Virus record (IMG/VR): IMGVR_UViG_3300031951_000003
Span: 257,140 to 321,139 of that record
Length of the DNA stretch: 64,000 nt
Strand: one strand, 5' to 3'
Shown here: positions 58,222-64,000 of the stretch, piece after piece
Numbering within the stretch: position 1 is the first letter of the stretch
Layout of the letters: every line of letters starts with the position of its first letter
Translations under genes and position numbers: made by a program
Notes under the pieces: model-generated
The model's input: only the letters and a program-made list of their open reading frames with translations
The model's database searches: none
Told to the model about the DNA's origin: nothing

Positions 58222-61200
58222 GTATAAGATACAACTTTATAGAGGTCGGAACATCAGACTTCATGACTCTAATTCAATCTGCTGATGACCAAACTGTCGG
58301 ACTCAGTATCGAACCCATTTCAGAATATCTCGATAGATTACCTAATAAACCCAAAGTTCAAAAAGTCAATGCGGCTCTTTCTGATACAGACGATACTATT
58401 GAAATATATCATATAGAATCTAAAGATTTAGAAAAATACAATCTTCCCTATTGGATTAGAGGATGTAACTCTGTTAATGGTCCTCATGAATTTACAAAGA
58501 AAAAAATTGGTGATGAAACATATAACAAGTTGGTAAAAATTGATAAAGTCCCAACTATATCTTGGAAAACTTTAATAGAAAAATACAATATAGGTTCAAT
58601 TGATTATTTAAAAATTGACACTGAAGGTCATGAACATATAATTTTAAAAGGGTATCTCGAACAATGTAGACTGAATCATAATCTTTTCGCATCTAAAATT
58701 GAATTCGAATACAATGAAACATCAAATAAAATTGAATTAGATAAAATTATAAATCAATTATCAAATTATAATGTAACTTATTTGGAGGAAGACGTTATAT
58801 TGAACATCAAAACAGAGTCTGAATTTGACAAATCTTATGTCTTATATTCAACCGAAAATTACTTTGATATTGTAACTGAATGTGCAAAATCAATAAGACA
58901 ATTTAGTAAACTACCAATATTGGTTTATTTAATAAATTCAAACAGAACTGTTGAAGTAGAAAATACCAAGACTTTAAATTGGTCTATAGATATCGAACCT
59001 ACTTCAAATAACATGTATATTAAGGAAAGGGACAACTTTTACATAGATAGAAAAAATCCAATAATTTATAAAATTTTATCTCAAAGACCTCTGATTATCA
59101 AAGATGCTTTAGAAAAATATTCAAATATTGTTTGTTATGTTGACAGCGATTCAATCGCAACCCCTAACGTTGATACTATATTTTCATATTATGATGAAAA
59201 TTCATCTCACCCATATTTTGTTGAAGGGATATACGATTTTTTGAAATACGATGGTAGAGGTGGAGGAGGAGGATTCGGAGGTGGAATGGAAACAACTTTG
59301 GAACACGATACCTGTGTCTTGTTTGGTGTTGACCAATCGGTCAGAAAAAACTATAGACAAACAGGATATTTCGTTTCAGGTCAAAATACCATCGAGTTTT
59401 TGGAGGAATGGTATTGGATGTGCTCACACCCAAAAGTCCTGAAAAATGTTAGTCATTATGCTCCGTATAATGAGGAGACTATTTGTAACGTTCTATTATG
59501 GAAATACAATATAGATAAGGGTCTTCCCTATGTCTATGTCAATGGGAGATTAGAAACGGTTGAGAAAATGTATACCCAAGTAGAATATAAAGGAAAGGGT
59601 ATCAGAAACCACATCGGTGAATGGTTAAGAGTTCCTGAAGAAAAAAATCATCTCCTGTTTTTTCATGGTGAAAAAAATCCAAACATGATGAGAGAGATGG
59701 TAGATGAAATCAAAAAATATAACAAGGAAAAACTTAGAATTTTATACTTAGCACCTCACCTTTCAACTGGTGGTATGCCAGCTTACTTATTGAAAAGAAT
59801 CGAAACCCTACAAGAATATTACCCTGAGGTAGAATTATATGTTGTTGAGTATTGTCTTTACTCAACTTGGTATGTGGTTCAAAAAGAAAAAATAAAACAA
59901 ATTATACCCGATAACAGATATTGGACATTAAACACTTTGGGAAATCATAATGATGAAAATTCTCTGAAGTTAATTCAAATTATAAAAGATAATTCAATTG
60001 ATATTGTTCATGTTGACGAAATACTTGAGGGGTTTGATAGTTTCAATCGAGTATCAATAAATGTCTTAAATGCACTTTTTGATAACAACAGAACTTGGAA
60101 AATTGTCGAGACCTGTCATAATATTCATTTTAATCCTGAGAATAGACATTTTCATCCCGACGCTTACGCCTTCTGTTCTCCCCATCATCCGAAGGTTCAA
60201 TTCAAAAATGAAAATTCTTATTATGAATTTTTTGAATACCCTATTGACCGAAAATTTGTTACCGAAGAACAAAAAGAACACGCAAGGTTAAAACTTGGTT
60301 TAGACCTTAATAAAACCCATGTGATAAACGTTGGACTTTGGACTCAAGGAAAAAATCAAGGAGAGGGCATCGAAATCGCAAGATATCTACAAGGTGAAGA
60401 TATAGAGTTTCATTTCATAGGAAATCAAGCATCAAATTTCGAAAGTTATTGGAAACCTCTGATGATGAATTTACCATCAAATGTAAAAATTTGGGGTGAA
60501 AGGAGTGATGTGGATTTGTTTATGAAAGCATCAGACATATTTTTATTTAACTCCACAATTGAATGTAATCCCCTTGTTCTTAGGGAAGCCGCTTCTTATG
60601 GTTTAAAAATTCTTTCTAGAAATCTTACACAATATTATGATATGTTTACACCATACATCACACCAATTGATGATGATTGTGAGAAAACGTCAAACATAAT
60701 TCGTGAGTTAAAATACAATGGAATCTCAAGAGACTATGAAGTTAGTCATGACCAATCTCAGAACTTTGCTTTATCTCATAAAAAGTTTTATGAGAAGTTA
60801 AAAACTATGGATATAAAGATTCAAAAATCATCAAAGAATAATATACAAATTACTCAATATTTTATAAGACAACCTTTTTTAGAAATTAAAGGGGATTCAA
60901 GTTCTAAGTTTTTGGTTCAATTCATTGATGATAAAGGGGTAATTCATTATGAAAATAAAATAGATTCCAACTGTTGGGTAAAACTTAACAGACAATATTT
61001 TACAAATTGGAGAACTAAGGTTTACGAAGAAGAAACACTAATATATGACTCGAAATTAGATTTGAAAGACAAAAGAGTGTTTATAAATTTTGATAGTAAA
61101 TCTTTAGGTGACAACATTGCTTGGGTGCCTTATGTTTTGGAGTTTCAAAAGAAACATAATTGTAAAATTATTCTTTCCACATTTTGGAATAAGTTATTCA

Positions 61201-61907
61201 AAGAAGTTTACCCTGAGATAGAATTCATAGAACCAGGGAATGTTGTAAAAGACATTCATGCACAATACTCCATTGGTTGGTTTTATAATGAAAATATGGA
61301 ACCAGTAATCCCGAATACAATTCCTCTCCAAAAAGCAGCAACAAACATCTTAGGTTTGGAATTTGAAGAAATAAAACCACGAATTAATTTTAACGTTTAT
61401 CGAAGACCTTTTGATGAAAAATATATAAGTATCGCAACCAATTCCACCTCAGGTTTAAAATTTTGGAAAAAAGAATATTGGCAAGAACTAATTGATTACT
61501 TAGTAGATTTAGGTTTCAAAGTAATAAACGTATCAAAAGAAAAAAATGAGTTCAGAAATGTTACACAAATTTCAGATAGTTCAATTGGTAATACCATGAA
61601 TGTAATACATCATAGTGAATTTTTCATAGGTTTATCAAGTGGACTTTCTTGGTTGTCTTGGGCAATGGGTAAACACGTTGTGATGATTAGTAATTTTACT
61701 GAACCCGACCACGAATTTACCACAAACTGCACCCGAATTATAAACAAATCAGTCTGTAATGGATGTTGGAATAACCCCAACTTCAAGTTCGATAAAGGTG
61801 ATTGGGATTGGTGTCCAATTCACAAAGGAACACCAAGACAATTTGAGTGTCACACTTCAATAACACCAAGTATGGTAATAAATCAAATTCAAAATTTATT
61901 GAAATGA
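58218..61907 (+). CDS. Multidomain FkbM methyltransferase / GT-A-like / GT4 / autotransporter-type protein O-heptosyltransferase
   Basis: IEVGT..LKIDTEG (FkbM); YVDSD (DxD); APHLSTGGMP...ECNPLVLREA (GT4); SKSLGDNIAWVPY...CNGCW...WCP...QFEC (TibC/AAH-like). Confidence 0.75.
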   Translation: MSIRYNFIEVGTSDFMTLIQSADDQTVGLSIEPISEYLDRLPNKPKVQKVNAALSDTDDTIEIYHIESKDLEKYNLPYWIRGCNSVNGPHEFTKKKIGDETYNKLVKIDKVPTISWKTLIEKYNIGSIDYLKIDTEGHEHIILKGYLEQCRLNHNLFASKIEFEYNETSNKIELDKIINQLSNYNVTYLEEDVILNIKTESEFDKSYVLYSTENYFDIVTECAKSIRQFSKLPILVYLINSNRTVEVENTKTLNWSIDIEPTSNNMYIKERDNFYIDRKNPIIYKILSQRPLIIKDALEKYSNIVCYVDSDSIATPNVDTIFSYYDENSSHPYFVEGIYDFLKYDGRGGGGGFGGGMETTLEHDTCVLFGVDQSVRKNYRQTGYFVSGQNTIEFLEEWYWMCSHPKVLKNVSHYAPYNEETICNVLLWKYNIDKGLPYVYVNGRLETVEKMYTQVEYKGKGIRNHIGEWLRVPEEKNHLLFFHGEKNPNMMREMVDEIKKYNKEKLRILYLAPHLSTGGMPAYLLKRIETLQEYYPEVELYVVEYCLYSTWYVVQKEKIKQIIPDNRYWTLNTLGNHNDENSLKLIQIIKDNSIDIVHVDEILEGFDSFNRVSINVLNALFDNNRTWKIVETCHNIHFNPENRHFHPDAYAFCSPHHPKVQFKNENSYYEFFEYPIDRKFVTEEQKEHARLKLGLDLNKTHVINVGLWTQGKNQGEGIEIARYLQGEDIEFHFIGNQASNFESYWKPLMMNLPSNVKIWGERSDVDLFMKASDIFLFNSTIECNPLVLREAASYGLKILSRNLTQYYDMFTPYITPIDDDCEKTSNIIRELKYNGISRDYEVSHDQSQNFALSHKKFYEKLKTMDIKIQKSSKNNIQITQYFIRQPFLEIKGDSSSKFLVQFIDDKGVIHYENKIDSNCWVKLNRQYFTNWRTKVYEEETLIYDSKLDLKDKRVFINFDSKSLGDNIAWVPYVLEFQKKHNCKIILSTFWNKLFKEVYPEIEFIEPGNVVKDIHAQYSIGWFYNENMEPVIPNTIPLQKAATNILGLEFEEIKPRINFNVYRRPFDEKYISIATNSTSGLKFWKKEYWQELIDYLVDLGFKVINVSKEKNEFRNVTQISDSSIGNTMNVIHHSEFFIGLSSGLSWLSWAMGKHVVMISNFTEPDHEFTTNCTRIINKSVCNGCWNNPNFKFDKGDWDWCPIHKGTPRQFECHTSITPSMVINQIQNLLK

Positions 61908-62578
61908 GTATAGAAAATTTTATATGGGAACCTAAATGTTACGATGGTTTTAGAGAAACTGTGGAACAAGAAATATTTGTTGACAGGATTTACGAAAGAT
62001 TTTTTGAGGTTGAAGAGGGCGATATTGTTTTCGATATTGGGGCTAGTTTAGGTCCTTTCACATATTCAATATTATCAAAGAATCCTTCTCACGTATTTGC
62101 TTTTGAGCCTAGTTTTGAAGAATTCAAAACTTTGTTATTAAATACAAGACACGGAAATGTAACCGCAATAAATAAAGGTATTTCGAGTTCAATAGGTGAA
62201 TTTAATTTCACTGATGTTTTTGATTTGACTGGTGGTTATAAACTATATTCAACAACATTCTCAAAGGTAATTGAGGATTATAATATTAAAAAAATTGACT
62301 TTCTTAAAACTGATTGTGAATCAGGCGAATATGATATATTCACAATTGAAAATTTGTTTTGGATAAAAAATAATGTCAGAAAAATTGTTGGTGAGTGGCA
62401 CCTTGGCCAGCCTTGGATGAAAGAAAAATTCAGAATTTTTAGAGATGTGTATTTGAGGGTTTTTCCTAACTTTAAAGTAATTTCTTTTGATGGAATTGAT
62501 ATAACTTGGCAAATATGGAATGATAATTTTATCCCTTATTATAACGAAGTAATGATTTATATTGACAATAGTAAATAA
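61904..62578 (+). CDS. FkbM family methyltransferase
   Basis: VFDIGASLG, AFEP, LKTDCESGE; start moved to MSIEN. Confidence 0.85.
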   Translation: MSIENFIWEPKCYDGFRETVEQEIFVDRIYERFFEVEEGDIVFDIGASLGPFTYSILSKNPSHVFAFEPSFEEFKTLLLNTRHGNVTAINKGISSSIGEFNFTDVFDLTGGYKLYSTTFSKVIEDYNIKKIDFLKTDCESGEYDIFTIENLFWIKNNVRKIVGEWHLGQPWMKEKFRIFRDVYLRVFPNFKVISFDGIDITWQIWNDNFIPYYNEVMIYIDNSK

Positions 62579-62620
62579 AAAAAACGCACCCATTTTATTG
62601 AGTGCGTTTTTGTATTTTTT
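62577..62620. terminator. Bidirectional terminator between convergent genes
   Basis: AAAAACGCAC...GTGCGTTTTT flanked by A- and T-runs. Confidence 0.7.
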
Positions 62621-62626
62621 TATTCC

Positions 62627-64000
62627 TTATACTATTGGACGATACTCGAGTAATACTTTTTCTACGTCTTTTCTCTCAGCATTTATCATAAAGAACGCGT
62701 CGATATGAGAACTTTGAGAGTCTATGAAGACTTTATTATCTTCAATTTTGACAACAAAGTGTGTATTAGAAACACCAATTGGTGTTAATGATACCGAAAT
62801 CGATTCCTCTTTTACTAATCCTATCCAATAATGAGGTAATTCTATTACGTTTCCTTGAACTCTACCTCTGAAATAAACACCATGTTCAGGACCCTCCAAC
62901 ACACCATATCTTAATCTCCAACCTTCTTTTGTAGGGTGAGGAATATCGAATGATTTAGAAGCCGCTGTTAATGCTCCTGTTATATTAGTGTCACCAGTCA
63001 CTTTGAGTGTTGAACCATCAAACTGAAGGTTTTGTTCACCATTGATTGTTCCTGCGGTTCCTGTCGCAGTAAGGACATAGTCATTAACGTTGTTGTTGAT
63101 TGTCCCGAGTCCAGAAGAACCTGATGTTCCACTTGTGCCAGAGGAACCTGATGTTCCACTAGTTCCCGAAGAACCTGATGTTCCGCTAGTTCCCGAAGAA
63201 CCTGATGTTCCACTAGTTCCCGAGGAACCTGATGTTCCACTAGTTCCCGAAGAACCTGATGTTCCGCTAGTTCCCGAAGAACCTGATGTTCCACTAGTTC
63301 CCGAAGAACCTGATGTTCCGCTAGTTCCCGAAGAACCTGATGTTCCACTAGTTCCCGAAGAACCTGATGAGCCTGATGTTCCACTTGTTCCAGATGAACC
63401 TGATGTTCCGCTCGAACCTGACGTTCCACTTGTTCCAGAAGAACCTGATGTTCCGCTAGTTCCAGATGAACCTGAACTTCCAGATGAACCTGATGTTCCA
63501 GATGTTCCATTTGTTCCAGAAGTTCCTGACGAACCACTTGAACCAGATGAGCCAGATGTTCCACTTGTTCCAGATGAGCCAGATGTTCCACTTGTTCCAG
63601 ATGAACCTGAACTTCCAGATGAACCTGATGTTCCGCTTGTTCCAGATGTTCCATTTGTTCCAGAAGTTCCTGACGAACCACTTGAACCAGATGAGCCAGA
63701 TGTTCCACTTGTTCCAGATGAGCCAGATGTTCCACTTGTTCCAGATGAACCTGAACTTCCAGATGAACCTGATGTTCCGCTTGTTCCAGATGTTCCATTA
63801 GTTCCAGAAGTTCCTGACGAACCACTTGAACCAGATGAGCCAGATGTTCCACTTGTTCCAGATGAGCCAGATGTTCCACTTGTTCCAGATGAACCTGAAC
63901 TTCCAGATGAACCTGATGTTCCGCTTGTTCCAGATGTTCCATTAGTTCCAGAAGTTCCTGACGAACCACTTGAACCAGATGAGCCAGATGTTCCACTTGT
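62627..64000 (-). CDS. Tail-fibre-like protein with Gly-Thr-Ser/Gly-Ser-Ser repeats (5-prime truncated by the window)
   Basis: Open frame from the window end: (GTS/GSS/GTN)n, then GLGTINNNVNDYVLTATG...KSFDIPHP...LEGPEHGVYFRG. Confidence 0.75.
   Translation of the reverse strand, partial: TSGTSGSSGSSGSSGTSGTNGTSGTSGTSGSSGSSGSSGTSGTSGSSGTSGTSGSSGSSGSSGTSGTNGTSGTSGTSGSSGSSGSSGTSGTSGSSGTSGTSGSSGSSGSSGTSGTNGTSGTSGTSGSSGSSGSSGTSGTSGSSGTSGTSGSSGSSGSSGTSGTNGTSGTSGSSGSSGSSGTSGTSGSSGTSGTSGSSGTSGSSGTSGTSGSSGSSGTSGTSGSSGTSGTSGSSGTSGTSGSSGTSGTSGSSGTSGTSGSSGTSGTSGSSGTSGTSGSSGTSGTSGSSGTSGTSGSSGLGTINNNVNDYVLTATGTAGTINGEQNLQFDGSTLKVTGDTNITGALTAASKSFDIPHPTKEGWRLRYGVLEGPEHGVYFRGRVQGNVIELPHYWIGLVKEESISVSLTPIGVSNTHFVVKIEDNKVFIDSQSSHIDAFFMINAERKDVEKVLLEYRPIV
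63110..64000 (-). repeat. Coding 9-nt-period Gly-X-Ser repeat with higher-order duplications
   Basis: gaacctgatgttcc / gatgttccacttgttcca units repeated. Confidence 0.85.

Noticed and set aside
62998-63996. 332-aa EHLAHL/EHQV ORF and the 63466-63801 plus-strand ORF
   Set aside because: Wrong frames of the Gly-Thr-Ser repeat; the true frame continues into 62627-63001.
63110-64000. CRISPR-like appearance of regular DNA repeats
   Set aside because: There are no unique spacers, the period is a multiple of 3 and the repeats encode protein. No cas genes are present; the 43023-43865 nuclease sits in a replication operon.
1-64000. Giant eukaryotic virus (NCLDV) or eukaryotic origin, suggested by collagens, mucin-like proteins, DnaJ and LRR
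   Set aside because: Sigma-70, amidase endolysin, S74 chaperones, bacterial terminators, overlapping operons and TAnnTTTG promoters indicate a bacteriophage.
1-64000. Stop-codon reassignment, as in some jumbo phages
   Set aside because: Standard-code ORFs tile the window densely, conserved enzymes are full length, and TAA, TAG and TGA all end genes.
1-64000. tRNA, rRNA or structured ncRNA genes
   Set aside because: Intergenic gaps are short and AT-rich, and I saw no cloverleaf or T-loop motif by eye. A tRNAscan/Infernal run would be needed to exclude them fully.

Overview
This is a 64-kb, AT-rich, gene-dense, mostly minus-strand segment of a large tailed dsDNA (jumbo-type) bacteriophage. 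The host is most likely a Bacteroidota (Flavobacterium/Cytophaga-like) bacterium, based on TAnnTTTG promoters, a Bacteroidota-type sigma-70, an Hc1-like histone, SprB repeats and a signal peptide followed by Gln. Contents: three DNA methyltransferases (one paired with a probable endonuclease), APS kinase plus a HIGH nucleotidyltransferase, Grx/Trx/DnaJ, a lysis module, SbcCD, exonuclease, primase, RuvC, a baseplate-like protein, Pro/Thr-rich Cys-rich virion proteins and a glycosyltransferase/FkbM cluster. The standout is three translationally coupled collagen genes (10629-18017). Their repeat sequences differ, yet they have 194/195/195 Gly-X-Y units, each with exactly 20 seven-triplet repeats in the same zone, and each ends in an S74 autocleaving chaperone. 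Only one chain has a tip domain, and one chain has a one-residue insertion every 7 units. This points to a heterotrimeric, procollagen-like phage fibre. All family assignments come from motif recognition by eye; no database searches were run.
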